In this document: positions 36,644 through 49,000 of the stretch, piece by piece
Position numbering within the stretch: position 1 is the stretch's first letter
How the letters are laid out: each line of letters opens with the position of its first letter
Source: Podarcis muralis
Taxonomy: Eukaryota
Direction of reading: 5' to 3'
Assembly (NCBI RefSeq): GCF_964188315.1
Contig: NC_135667.1
Coordinates: forward strand, 55,428,001-55,492,000
DNA: 64,000 nt
Made by a program: the position numbers and the translations under genes
Notes under the pieces: generated by a model
The model's database searches: none
What the model was told of the DNA's origin: nothing
Seen by the model: only the letters and a program-made list of their open reading frames with translations

Positions 36644-39026
36644 TAGAGAGCTTAGGGCAACTGCAGAGCTGGTCCTGTCCCCCCCCCCCCCCGAGTGGTA
36701 ACAGAGACAAGGCAATTTGGAAAGAGGTTCTGTATAGAACTACAAAACCCCTATGTCAACTAACATGTTGTATTGCCCCGCCCCACCCCCCTGGTCCCCA
36801 GCCATTATGTGCCCTCTGAAAAATCAGTAAATTCTCCTTAGGATCTCCTTTCCTAGAGGGAGCCTTGGATAACCTGTGTTCTGAGAAGAACTGCAGCAGC
36901 TGACAGTAAAATCAACTGTGTGTGTAGCGTAGAAACATGTCTCTTAATTCAGCCCTGAGCAGAACTGAAAAACAGGCTGCATTAACGCTGATTCTTACTG
37001 ATGCTTATAAAAATTGGGGCAGAGATGCATTCACAGTGATGGCCTTAAGCTAATCATCCTCTGAATTAAGAGAAAACAACTATTCTCCTGCGCCTGCCCA
37101 GCCCATCCAGTTTTTCTGAGTATGCTTTGTCAAAAGATGGAATGAAAATACCAATATACTGTAGGATACTGTTATCAGGAAATTTCTCTGTGCAAGCCCT
37201 CTATGAAATGAGCAGGAGCTGCTGCACAAGGACACACAAACTGTTGCTGATTGAATTTGATGCCCACATCTGCATTGGGTGGGAATGTCTGTTCCCATTT
37301 AGTACTGCAGGAACACATACAGTAGTAGTAGTGGGACCCTCCAGTTTTTAAGCATATGGGGGGGGGACTAACCATTTATTTCCTCTCCCTGTATTCTCAG
37401 CAGGCAAAGCAATGGTGGGAGTTTTCATTGGAATACGTGGTCCAGGCTTCCTGTGTGTTCGACCACAAACTTGAGGGGGAAATTGCCAAAACTGAGCAAA
37501 CTGCTCATTTTTCAGAATTCCCCATCTCTCCTGCCTTTGCATATTGCAGAACTGGTACAAATCAGGGTGTAGCTCTTATTCTGATAGATGTCTGAAATGG
37601 AACTTTCCTTTATTGCGCATTTCCTGATAGGTTCTTGACTATTGCAGACTGACACTGAGGATGAGAGTTCAGAAACTTCAGCCGGCCCCAAATGCAGCAA
37701 TGTGGCCTTGTCAGGAACTATCTATGAGGAGCACACTAGTGAGTTGTGACCACAGAATGGGATTATAGGTTTGGTGCTAAATTATAGCATCTGAGGCACA
37801 GCTGACCTGTTCCAGAAACAAACTTAGTTTGGAGGCGGCTCCCCTTCTAGCGAATTCTTGCCCCAAAGTAGATTTCCTGGTTGATTCAATTAGTGCTTTA
37901 AGAGAGACATTAAATGCATTTCTTTGGATTTGTAACAAATATTGGTGTGTGGAGTGTTCCTGTTCAAGGTTTCCTGACTGTCCTGTTCTTTTCCAGGATA
38001 CCCTTTTTTCTGTGTTTTGTGGCCAAAGCACGCTTAGCCCTCGTTGGGTTGCTGGGTTTTTTTTTGCTTTTGCCCCCTTAGGTCACCCCAAAAACTTTTG
38101 TACTTCTTCAAACCTTGGAGCCACCTGGTCTCTTTCTTAGCTACATAAGGATCCACACTCAGAGAATGTGTTTGCTATTAGCATATATAGGATCCTGTCT
38201 CCCGCTTTTATGATATATAGTGTCCTTCCAGCTGCATCGTTCGCTTCTTCTTGGCAGTTTTTATTTGTGCTTCATTTTATCTAATGTTGTGAGGCACTTT
38301 GAGGACCTTGGCTAACAGAAAGTGGAAATTAAAATCTTTATATATGAACTATTTCACTTGCAAAGGTTTGCAATTCTTGTCAGTTGAGTAATACTGGGGA
38401 GAAAATTGTGTGACCCTAAGTTGCTGCAGTCTCAGCAATTTACATACATTGTGCTTGATGAACCCTGGCTGGAACAAGTATCTGTTGTACAGTGACTAGA
38501 ATAAATTGTACAACCACTATCCTTACCCGGCTGTTACCCACTTCCACCCTTATCTGTCCTGACATGATCTCTGTAGTTGAACTGTTGATGGACTGGTTGT
38601 CCTCTGTGCCTGTCTATGCTGAAAACAAGACTTCCATTGTACTCCTGACTATGCTATGTCTGCTCTGTCTAAAATGGAAGCCTGTCACTTGACAGGTGTC
38701 ATCAGACGTGTCATCTGAATGTCTTCTTCTTGGGCAGAATGCTTTGGGAGGTTTTAGGTGGGAGAGGGCACCAGGAAACCCATACTGTTGAGCATTAGGG
38801 TTACTTCTGTTGCTGGTTGTGCTAGCAAAGATGATGGCAACAAAATTTAAAAGCAAGTGTCATGGCATTGGGGAGACAGAATCTTCCAGGGGTGATAATT
38901 TCTAGGATGAAAAGCTCCTGGCAGAAATAGCAGCTATGGTGAATCAGCAGTACACCACGCATTATTAGAGCAGAGAGGTGAATCAGAGCAGCTTCCGGGA
39001 GTTTGTGGGAAGAAGAGTGATAACTA

Positions 39027-39176
39027 CCATATTTTTCTGTGTATAAGACTAGGGTTTTTTCTTTTAAAAATATGTTTAAAATTGGGTTTCGTCTTATACA
39101 TGGATACAATCTCCCCCCATTTTCTTTATTTGGAGACCCCCAAAACAGTGCGCGTCTTATACACGGAAAAATATGG
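39027..39176. mobile_element. 150-bp Tc1/mariner-type MITE related to family B
   Basis: TIR CCATATTTTTC(T/C)GTGTATAAGAC, TA TSD. Confidence 0.85.
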
Positions 39177-41882
39177 TAATTGTGGTTGATAAGGTACAGA
39201 GACTAGAAAAATACACAAACCCTATAAACATACTGAAATTTTAAAAGCCATGTGGAATATTTGCAGTAGGTGCACATACGTTTTTCTTGCTTGCCAGATA
39301 TAAAGGAGCTCAGAATAGCCACTTTCAAAGTGGCTAGAGTTTTGGGGAGGGGTTTCCAAAGCAGGTGGGGATGTTGTGTGGCTCACCTCGTAAAACTGAC
39401 CCCTGCTTAGCAGGGCAGATTGCATGATGGTGCTTTACCTGAAGATCATAATTGTTCTAATGTTGGGAGACACTCACAGAGTAACCCTTACTCAGATGTA
39501 AGTCCTGCTGAGTTTTGCAGGGTGTACTCCCTGGGATGTGTACCCAGGATAGTAGCACCTACAGTTTTTGAAATTTGCTGGGGATGTCGGTGGACCACTT
39601 AAACTTTTTGTTGTTCAAAAAGATCAAAGTACATGCTGTACATAACACACTTTCCCACCCCACTCCTTCAGTGCTGGCATTGTCAAAACTAGTGATGCTT
39701 TGTGAAAGTGTGGGCTGGTAAATGCTTAGGGAGAAATTGGCAGACTGTTCCAGTGCCATGTTATGAACATGACAGGCCATTGCCAGGACCTTGATCTGTG
39801 TTTTCAGAAAAATGAATTAAGTGAGGGCAAAGTGCCCATATTCTTGACTGTTCTACAGCCTTCTTAGGTTCCTGAATAGAATTTGTAGGATAGAGCTTGC
39901 TTGAGAACATCTGCTTGTAATATAAGTAGTTTGAGACAGTGGTCAGATTGCTGAATCTTGCCTTCATCTCCCCTATGGTTTCTTGGGCAGTGAAGTGTTT
40001 TTAATGGGCTAGTAATGCCTGTGGATTTATTTTCCAGGCTATCTTAAAAAAGAATAACAGGCCGATGGTGATCTTACTGTTGCTCAGATACTGGTATGAA
40101 TAATTTGATCCAAAAAAATCCTTTTTTTATATTAAAAAATACATTTCTTGTAAACAGATTTTGTGGTTTGGACAGCTGGCATGACTGGCTCCCCAGAGTC
40201 ATTCAGTGCCACTGTCACCTGTATGGGTGGCTCTCACTGCCTCCTCCTCCTCCTGCTGCTGCTGCTGCTGCTTTTGCTGTTCCCTGCTTGTCTGGGAAAG
40301 GCTGCTGTGTCATCCATGGCTCCCCCCCTGTATTTGGAGTGTACAGGATGAGACCCCATGGAGCAAACTGGGGGACGGAACAGGGCTTCCCCCTCCCTTC
40401 TGTTCATCTGCCTCATGGGCCTTTGCACGGGCCCCTATCCTGCACTTTCCCCCCATATACTGCTGCTCACACGGCCTCACCTGGTGCAGGCGCCTACTTA
40501 AGACTGTTTGCTTGGGCTTACAGAAGTAGAATAACAATTCCCTTGAAAGGAACTATTGAAATTGTTAAAAATCTGAATCGTTTTCCCCAAACTGCTAATG
40601 ATGTTCAAAATTCACCCTAAATGCCACCTTAGGCTTGACACTCACACATACATACTTTGCTTGATCTCTCCTTGCTTGAGCGCTCAACGCTTCCTGGTTG
40701 GCACTTGAATGAAAAACGGAAACTGAAAATAAGATAAGAGATATGAAAGTTCTGTCCATGGCGTTAGGTCTCTGAAGGCTGAGGCCTAGTCTACATATCT
40801 GGCCAAATAAAGTAGGAATGAAGATTTTAGCCAGGGTGTGCATGCCTTTTTTACGTTGTTATTTTTCAGATTACATTAAGTACATTTGAGAAAACAGCTG
40901 TTCCAGCAATATACAACGAACAACTTGACCTGGTATCTTTACAGATTTGTGTCATGCTGGATAATAAAGTTCCATTTGATTATTCTAAAAGGTCACACCA
41001 TATTTTTTCATGGGTAGTGCATGGTTTCCTGCCACAGTCCAAATAATTACCGTATTCAATAAGTATTTGCCATGTGCTGTAGAAAGAAAATGGATTACGC
41101 TTGCCTCTGGCTGCTCCAACTTGTCATGCCAGCTTCTCAGCCAGTGCTATGGACCACACTCTGGCATACCAAGAGCCCATGCTGAGACCAGCGCAAGCGG
41201 CTCTTGGGAGTGTGACCGGTGCAGTTGTACTGGGCATGGTGCTTCTGAGGCACCGGAGGAGGCTCCACCACTATTGCCCCAATGGGAGGCGGGACAGGGG
41301 CACCAGATTTGGTTGCTGCACAGGGTGCCTCTGAAATTTGAGGCGCCAAGGTCCGCCACAGAGACCAATCCCAGTTTTCCAGCATCTGGCTATCTCCATT
41401 TGTGCTGCTGTTAATAAAAAAAGGCTAAGAGAGCATTGTGGGGGTGGCGGTGGCTCTGGCAGTAGAAGACTAGCAGAGTAGGGAGCGGCCTAGTTTAGGA
41501 CATTTTGCACTTGATATGCTGGTTTTCTTCTGCCTGAGAGTTTTTACACAGGGAAGTATGCAATAATGTCCTTCTTGACTGGCATCCTGAAATGGCGCAG
41601 GCCACTCTGCTACCTCAGACTGCAGCATGGGTAGACTGGGCCTTATTCACTCATGCCAACAAGCCATCCCTCACCTGACGTTGAACATCTGTTTTGGAAT
41701 TAATACTTTTCAGTTGTGAGAGCAGTTTAAGAGAAACAGAACCAAAAAAATGCATATTGGTTTATTTTCTGAAAAGGCCCAAAGCAGGGCAGTTCTGTTT
41801 AGATGTGGTCTGGTTTTTGTTTTAATGCAAGCAGTGGACTACAAAGAATCAACTTCCTCTTCTCCATCTTCTCTTTAGCACA

Positions 41883-42193
41883 ATGGCTGACAACACAAGT
41901 AAACTCACCAAGCATGTGAACAAAACACCTCCAAGGTCTCCTGCAGATTCCGCAAAAGAGAAAGCAGCCAAAAGGTTATCCTGCGACTCAAACAGCTCCC
42001 ACGACGGGGCCAGTGGGCCAGAGCTAAGTGCTCTTGAAGAGGCTTTCAGAAAATTTGCTGTCCACGGGGATACGAGAGCCACGGGGAGAGAGATGCATGG
42101 GAAAAACTGGTCCAAGTTGTGTAAGGATTGCCACGTGATTGATAGCAAGAACGTGACTCTCACCGATGTTGACATCGTCTTCAGCAAGATCAA
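41883..42193 (+). CDS. TPPP: TPPP (tubulin polymerization-promoting protein, p25-alpha) first coding exon
   Basis: MADNTSK...AAKRLS...[59 protein letters not shown]; the long N-terminal extension indicates TPPP rather than TPPP2/3; acceptor ctctttag at 41878, donor gtaatt at 42194; 311 bp. Confidence 0.96.
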
Positions 42194-44646
42194 GTAATTT
42201 CTCCCTCTGCTTCTTCACCTTACATCTCCCCCCCCCCCCCCGCCGATATTTGTATTGCTGAGTCTGTTTGTGAATAATAATAGGTGGAATATGATGGTTA
42301 CATATACCCCAATTACATCATAAACATTGTTTTCAAGTTCTGTAAAACGGGGGGAACACCATGCTATCCTCAGATATTGTTGGACTTCAGCTCTCTGCAG
42401 CCCCAGCTAGCATGGGCAGTGATCACAGGTGAGGGAACTTATAGTCCAGCAGTATCTGGAGAGCACCAGGTGAGCTCGCCATGCTTTACAAGTTTAGATT
42501 GCACACCTGAGTTTCTTTTTCTATACTAATTAGCATTCACAGGTTACACATTCCAGGCTAAAATAGATTGAGTGATAGCCAACAGTCATACTCAAGAGTC
42601 GGCACATTGAAATTAATGGCCTTAAGAAAATTAAGTATATTTTAATTGACAAAATGTATGTACTGTTTTAATTAATAACATCATAGCATAGAAACATATT
42701 AAATTATTGATTAAAAGACCAACGAAATCAAGCATTAACACCAAGTTGGCATAATATTTATTAAAATATAAATAAAATAGTAGTTTTAAAACAAATGCAC
42801 AAAGCTGGATAGACTTGTCTTTAAAAATGCTTTTAAGAGGTGCCAAAAATAATTTAGTGCTGCTACACTAAAGCATCAGTTCCTTGCAAGTGAGGAACAA
42901 GCATTATGTGGCAGTTGTAAAAATGTCAGTTCTGCAGATAGCAGCAGTTGAGCGGGTGCATACAGGGTAAGGCAATCCTTCAAGTCAACTTAAAGGCTTT
43001 ATATACTTATAGTAATATCTTGAATTTGACTTAGAACTTTTTAGAAAAAAATTAATTTCAAGGAGACTAATTGTGACTAAACTTGTATATTGGCCATTAT
43101 TAGCTTCACTTCTGAAAATCTCCCTAATAGTATTTTTATTCTGGGACAATTACTGTGCACTGGATATTTGTGTGAGAAAAACTGTTTTGCAGATTATATG
43201 AGTGCTGGCTGGTATGTACACTTCTGAAATGTTTTGGAGTCTGGCTTTTGCTGAATATTGTTACCTTTCTTAAAAACAAAAGGAGAGATAGCGAGTGCCT
43301 GGCTACCTGATGCCCTGCAGAAGGAAGGGCAAGGGGAGCCCAACCACCGCCCATCCCTTCTTCTGAATGTGTTACTTGAACACAAGGCCTGGTTACAGTC
43401 TGAAGGTGCTTGATGGAGCAACCTAGCTGAAGCTAAGCTGAAGCTAAGCAGGCCTGACTTTGGACAGGGCCTCGACGGGAGTAGGTTGGGAGACTGTAGC
43501 TTAGCAGCAGAGCGGTTGCTGAGCAGGCAGCTGGTATTGGGTTCAGTCCCTGGCATCTTCCCAGGTTGAAGGTGAAAGAACCTCTGAAGAGGCTGCTGCT
43601 GCCAGCCAGAGAAGATGGACCAGTGGCAGGGCTCCCCCCCCCCCCCAGCTGGAACTCAGTTCTGGCACCTCTCAAGTAGGCGCCATTGCCGTTCTAAGAG
43701 AAAGAAGGGAGGTACTCGTGACAAGTTCCAGCACTGACCAGTGTTCTGACCAGCTTCCTATAAAGGAGAATGAGATAACAAAATGGACTGTGCTGCCCCT
43801 GGCTCTGTGCTAAGAATGAGTTGCCTGGATCCCATTTTGCCATTATAATAAGAAATTGGGGGTCAGTAGGTTCTTCGGGTTATGGTTAGGAAAGAGTTCC
43901 TTGCGTTGAAACTTGGCAGTGTAAGAGAGGTGGGTTGAGAATGGTCCTTGCCAAACTTGGGTAGGAAATGACTTATTCTGAATGAGCTGAATGTTTGATG
44001 AGTGATTCTGGCATTTTGACGGGTGATGTCCATTTCTGCCCATAGAGTTTGCTGAGGTGGACTAGGGAGAAAATGTCTGTGTTTTTACTGGGTCTTTTGG
44101 GGAAATGTTTCGTAAGGTCAAAAGGGAAAATTTGGTATGTGCTGTTACCTAGTAGCAGTATAACATATTTGTAGTTTTTATTTAAAAGGTACTTTCCCGC
44201 CAAATGTTACTCTATGCAGGCAGTAAGAAAATTCTCACACATGCTCAGTATGAACCAGTGTGGTCTTGCAACAGCATATACTTCTGAAAATGGAAAGCTG
44301 AGTCATATTCCCTCTCAGAGCTAATGCCTGTATTTCACTCGAGGAAAGCTGAATTAGGGAACTCCTTGCTGCAAGGAAAACACTGTTTCACGTCTCAAAC
44401 ATTGTCATGGAAGTTGTTCCAGGCTCTCTATACCCTTACGTTTTTCCCCCTTGGCCTGTTAAAGATGATAATATGATGGAGATCAGGATTGCAATGAGAG
44501 GTTTATTAAGATAAACGCTTGCTGCTTATATAAATTATATGCAGTTGTTTGGAATCCTTTATATATCTATTGGCTTACCTAATTACTTAAAAGGCAGGTG
44601 TTTTTACTAACTGCTAGTGACACAAACCAACACCCCGCAGTATTAT

Positions 44647-44788
44647 GGTGGCTCAGTTGGTTAGAGTGTGGTGCAGATAATGCCAAGGTTGCAGGTTCGA
44701 TCCCTGTATGCGACATCTGCGTATTCCTGCATTGCAGGGGGTTGGACTAGATGATCCTCAGGGTCCCTTCCAATTCTATGATTCTATG
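44647..44788 (+). mobile_element. Short tRNA-derived SINE with CR1-type 3' tail
   Basis: A box (tggctcagttgg) and B box (ggttcgatcc), then gggttggactagatgatcctcagggtcccttccaattctatgattctatg, a CR1 terminus. Confidence 0.75.
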
Positions 44789-45933
44789 CAGAACTACTCT
44801 GCCTGGACTTCAGCCCTTCCATAGTTTGGCTTGTAGTTAACTAAGTTTGCAAATAGTTACAGTGCATTTCAGCAACCTATTAAGTCCAAAGCGTGAATCC
44901 TATCTGTGCCATAAGCTCAAAAACTATTTAAAAGGAAGACACTCTTTTTCTCTCTTTTGCTGATTCTGCACCATGGAAGAGTATTAACTTACTGGACAGG
45001 ATTTTTGTTTCAAAACTATTCACATCCCTGTGTGGGAGAGGTACAGGAGGAGTAAGGAGGAACGTTTCACCTGCGGCTGTCCTGTACTAAAGCAGGGGGC
45101 TGGCCTAGAATCACTAGATGGCCATCAAGACCTTTCCCACCTCACCATTATATGTGGATGGTGGTTATTACCAGCTAGGCGCCTGCAGCATGGAAAGAGT
45201 GGCTTCAGTTGCACAGGCTCAATGCGTTAGTGCAGTGAAGAGGCAAATCTGGGACTTGAGTTCAGTCTGTCACTATCAGCCATCCAGCTCCAAGGTGGTA
45301 CAGAAGCTGGAACTGAACACAGACCAGGACACCACACCGTATCTCCTGAATAATGCATTTTCCTGTAATTTCTCACCATTTTGAAACAAAAACAAAGAAT
45401 ATATATTAACTAGATGTTGAAACTATGAATTCGCATGAGTCTCCTTCCTCTCCTATTGTAGTTACTCCTCATATGGTGAGAGAATCACATGCTTAAATGC
45501 CCCTCCCATGGAAAAAAAGCACTGCACATTGAAAACTAGCCTGTCAAGAGGGGGTGGGTGGGTTCTGGCCCAGTCTCTATCCTGACATGCTAGTTTTCTA
45601 TCTGCAGAGCCCTTTTATATGTGAACAAATATTCAGATATACCTACAGTGTAAAGTGGCGCAGCCCAGTAACAGCTGGTGCATATGATTCGCCGAAAAGG
45701 TTATTTTTTTCTTTACTCCTGCCCTTCCTCTTGTCATCCAGTGTGTAGTAAATAGTTGGATTATGTTGCCATCCTCCGTTTAACAGATGTCAGCAGCCTG
45801 GATTAAGCAGTCTCAAAAAAAGTGTTAAAATAGCCGTCTGTAGCGATCAACAGATTGAGGTCACATATTTTAATATTACACCATTAGTGCCCCATTAACC
45901 AACTTCATCCATCCATTGTAAGATAACACAGTA

Positions 45934-46175
45934 CAGTGGTACCTCGGGTTAAGTACTTAATTCGTTCCAGAGGTCCGTTCTTAACCTGAAACTGTTCTTA
46001 ACCTGAAGTACTACTTTAGCTAATGGGGCCTCCTGCTGCCGCTGTGCCGCCGGAGCATGATTTCTGTTCTCATCCTGAAGCAAAGTTCTTAACCCGAGGT
46101 ACTATTTCTGGGTTAGCGGAGTCTGTAATCTGAAGCGTATGTAACCTGAAGCGTATGTAACCCGAGGTACCACTG
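45934..46175 (+). mobile_element. Family A MITE, 242 bp
   Basis: Same TIRs, TA TSD. Confidence 0.92.
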
Positions 46176-46960
46176 TATATGCGTCCATCATTTCCCCTCT
46201 CTTAAAGCAACACGGTCAATAAAACCTCACTTTGGGTTTTCTGGTTTTACTCTGTGGAAGGAGAAATAGGCAGAATCTGACTGGTTTTTTAAAAATAGTT
46301 GTCAAGGAATATCAAGGAAAAGAGGTTAACAAAGTGATACACAGCAGATTACAGGTGATTTGTGATGTTGTGTGATGCTGAATGAGAACACCTGTGCAGG
46401 AGAAGAGAGGACCACCCAAAGGTATTCTAACCCTATATGCCCAGTGCAATCCTGTTACTCAGAAACAAGTGTGTAGACAGTATCAATAAATAGTTGTGTC
46501 AGGGTGGAGCTAGGAGTTTCCTGTTACCGTTCTTGTTTAAGAGAGACAACAAAGTTCTTGTTTAGCTTCCTCACTGGTGTGTCCTCTAAATCTTCCATGA
46601 CAGTAAGTCCTCCTTGTTCCCTGATAAGTGTGCTTATGATTGCAGACTTCATTGCTATTTTGATTGTGCAAACAATGAATTTGGTACTAGACAGAGAACT
46701 AGGCATCCTAAGAAACTCAGCTTTCCTTAAAAATAATATAAAATTCTAGTCCCTAAGGTTGCAATGATGAACATTTGACCAATATTTGCTGCTCTCAGAA
46801 GCAAGGAGATGACTCTGCACATCTGGAGGGCACTGGCTTCAGGGTTTTACATGGTTCTTTCCATCCCATAACCAGCAAAATGTGATACAGATTTTGCAAA
46901 ACAAAATATGTACAGACACAAATGTATGGAAAACTTCATGCAGGTTGCCAACCAAGCTTT

Positions 46961-47035
46961 ACTCAGAGTAAACCCATTGAAATTAATGGAGGTGAATTAA
47001 TTGTGGCTATAAATTTCAATGGGTTTACTCTAAGT
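46961..47035. repeat. Inverted repeat with 24-bp arms (MITE-like hairpin)
   Basis: actcagagtaaacccattgaaatt / aatttcaatgggtttactctaagt, 1 mismatch. Confidence 0.7.
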
Positions 47036-48883
47036 AGGACTTGCATAGGATACAATCCTCGGCTTTCCTTGACTCAGCTGTGCACTCCTGATAATACACT
47101 GAAACTGACCATGTGTGTATTTTATATCCTGATAGGGGAAGGAGGAGCCAAAATCTTCTAAGAATAGATACGAGGAGCCTATGACATATTGCTTTGGGCA
47201 TATAAATTTTCCTTTTTATCGGGGTCAGCAACTGTTTGCGGGAATTTGATACTGCAGATATGCCATAAGTCATGTTGCCTGGCTGGTTGTAGTAATCAAA
47301 TAGCCTCCTGTATAAATCCTTTTTTTATTTTCAAAGCCACAGCCATGGTGGATGCCACTGAAAAATATGGCCATAAAGTTGCTCATTTGATGCCATTCCT
47401 TGACAGAAAAAAAATCCAAATATTGCTGCGCATACTGGCATGTTGCTATGGCCACAGGAGGCCTGAATGACATCATGCCCTGGATCTCTTGTGAGCATTT
47501 ATTTAGAAAGATGTCTCCATAGAAACATTTGTTTGTATATGTGTTTTTCTCTGATGTTACCAAGTGTTACATTTTAAATGTGGGTTTCTGTACCAGATTG
47601 CGAGCAACATTAATGTTAACATAAAGAGACACTATAAATACACTTAGGTCTCTTCACACCCCAAATTAGATAATTGGGGGAAAGAACCCATCAAAAGAAT
47701 AAATACTGGGGGTGGTTGGTTTTTTTTGGGGGGGGGGGGAGAAGTAGTTGTTGGTTTTCCATGGAGTGCTCCTATGGCACACTGTGTCTCGACTTGTGAA
47801 AATTTCCACCCATGTTGTCAACAACACAAGTTCCGATTGCCAGCTGTTGTAGCCTGGTTCCCACTGTACAGGCCACACGGGTCTCTCATGTGAGAGGCAA
47901 GCATGTCTGCATCATGCAAGTAGCCACAGCAAATCAAGTAAGCCAGATGTAGCTGTTGTCCCTGACATCTGGGTAGGTGGATTTTAGGCAAGGAAGCCTC
48001 TTCTGCCCTCCTTCTATCTTGTTGCTTAAAACTTCAAAGGGGCGATCATTTCACACTTACCATTCCTTTAAAACAAGTCCTTTATGAAATTAGTTGTTGG
48101 AGGAAAGCTGTGCTGGTGGATTGCTTCCTTATGATCTCTGGAAGCTCTGTAAATGCTTCATCTAATAGGGTGAGCTCTTCTTGTGGCTAAATGACACACA
48201 CTGTCAGCTCTTGAAAAGATGTGCTAACAGTGTTTTTGGTGATCAGTCACTTGGCTTTCAAATCAATTGATCATTAAACAGATAATCAAAATCTTAGTAG
48301 AAATGCATTTTTAAGGAAGCATGAGAAATACTTTGGATGAAGTTGGACTATACCTTTTTAATGTGTTGGGGCTATAGGTTTGTTTTTTTGTTTTGGTCTT
48401 TTTACTATGTATTTTGAGTTCTCATTTTGCCACCCTGTGATCTTCAGATGAAGGGGGGTATACAAACCTAATAAATAATAATCATATCCCTGAAAGATCT
48501 GGTCTGAGAATGGGGGTACTTTTAGAAGCCCAAATGGCCTGAAGGGCATTTCAATAGCTGCGGTTTTTGCGCCAGATGTGGTTCTTCCTGAGAAAATCGG
48601 ATCTTGCCATAGTTATACCTTTTTGGCAGGGCCGGTCCGCTTGTGAAGCAAGGTGAGGCAACCGCCTCAGGTGGCAGGAACCTTAGGGCGACAGATCTGG
48701 CCTCAGCTTCTGTCATGGTGGCAGTGACAGTTGTGGCGCACTCCCACCCCCATTCCTGATGTTCATCTTTATTTTCCACCTTGTTCCTTATACAGTATAG
48801 CTCTTAACTCCCCTCTTCTTCCCTGCCACCATTTTGTGGTTTGCCTCAGGTACCAAACTGTCTTGGGCCAGAAAACAGAAGTA

Positions 48884-49000
48884 CCATACTGGCCCGAATA
48901 TAAGCCGCACCCACAAATAAGTCACACCTTTAAAATTCAAGGGGGGGGGTAGAAAAAAAGACAATACCCGAATATAAGCCGTTCCCTTAAAATTGGGTTA
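48884..49000 (+). mobile_element. Truncated Tc1/mariner-type MITE end
   Basis: ta|ccatactggcccgaatataagccg with a repeated cccgaatataagccg subterminal motif; other end not found. Confidence 0.45.

Noticed and set aside
40096-40620. 174-aa ORF with PPPP/AAAA run
   Set aside because: Driven by a (CTC)(CTG) simple repeat; no homology or convincing splice sites.
44647-44720. tRNA-like sequence (also 935-990)
   Set aside because: Continues into a LINE-derived tail or SINE body and lacks an intact cloverleaf; these are SINE heads, not tRNA genes.
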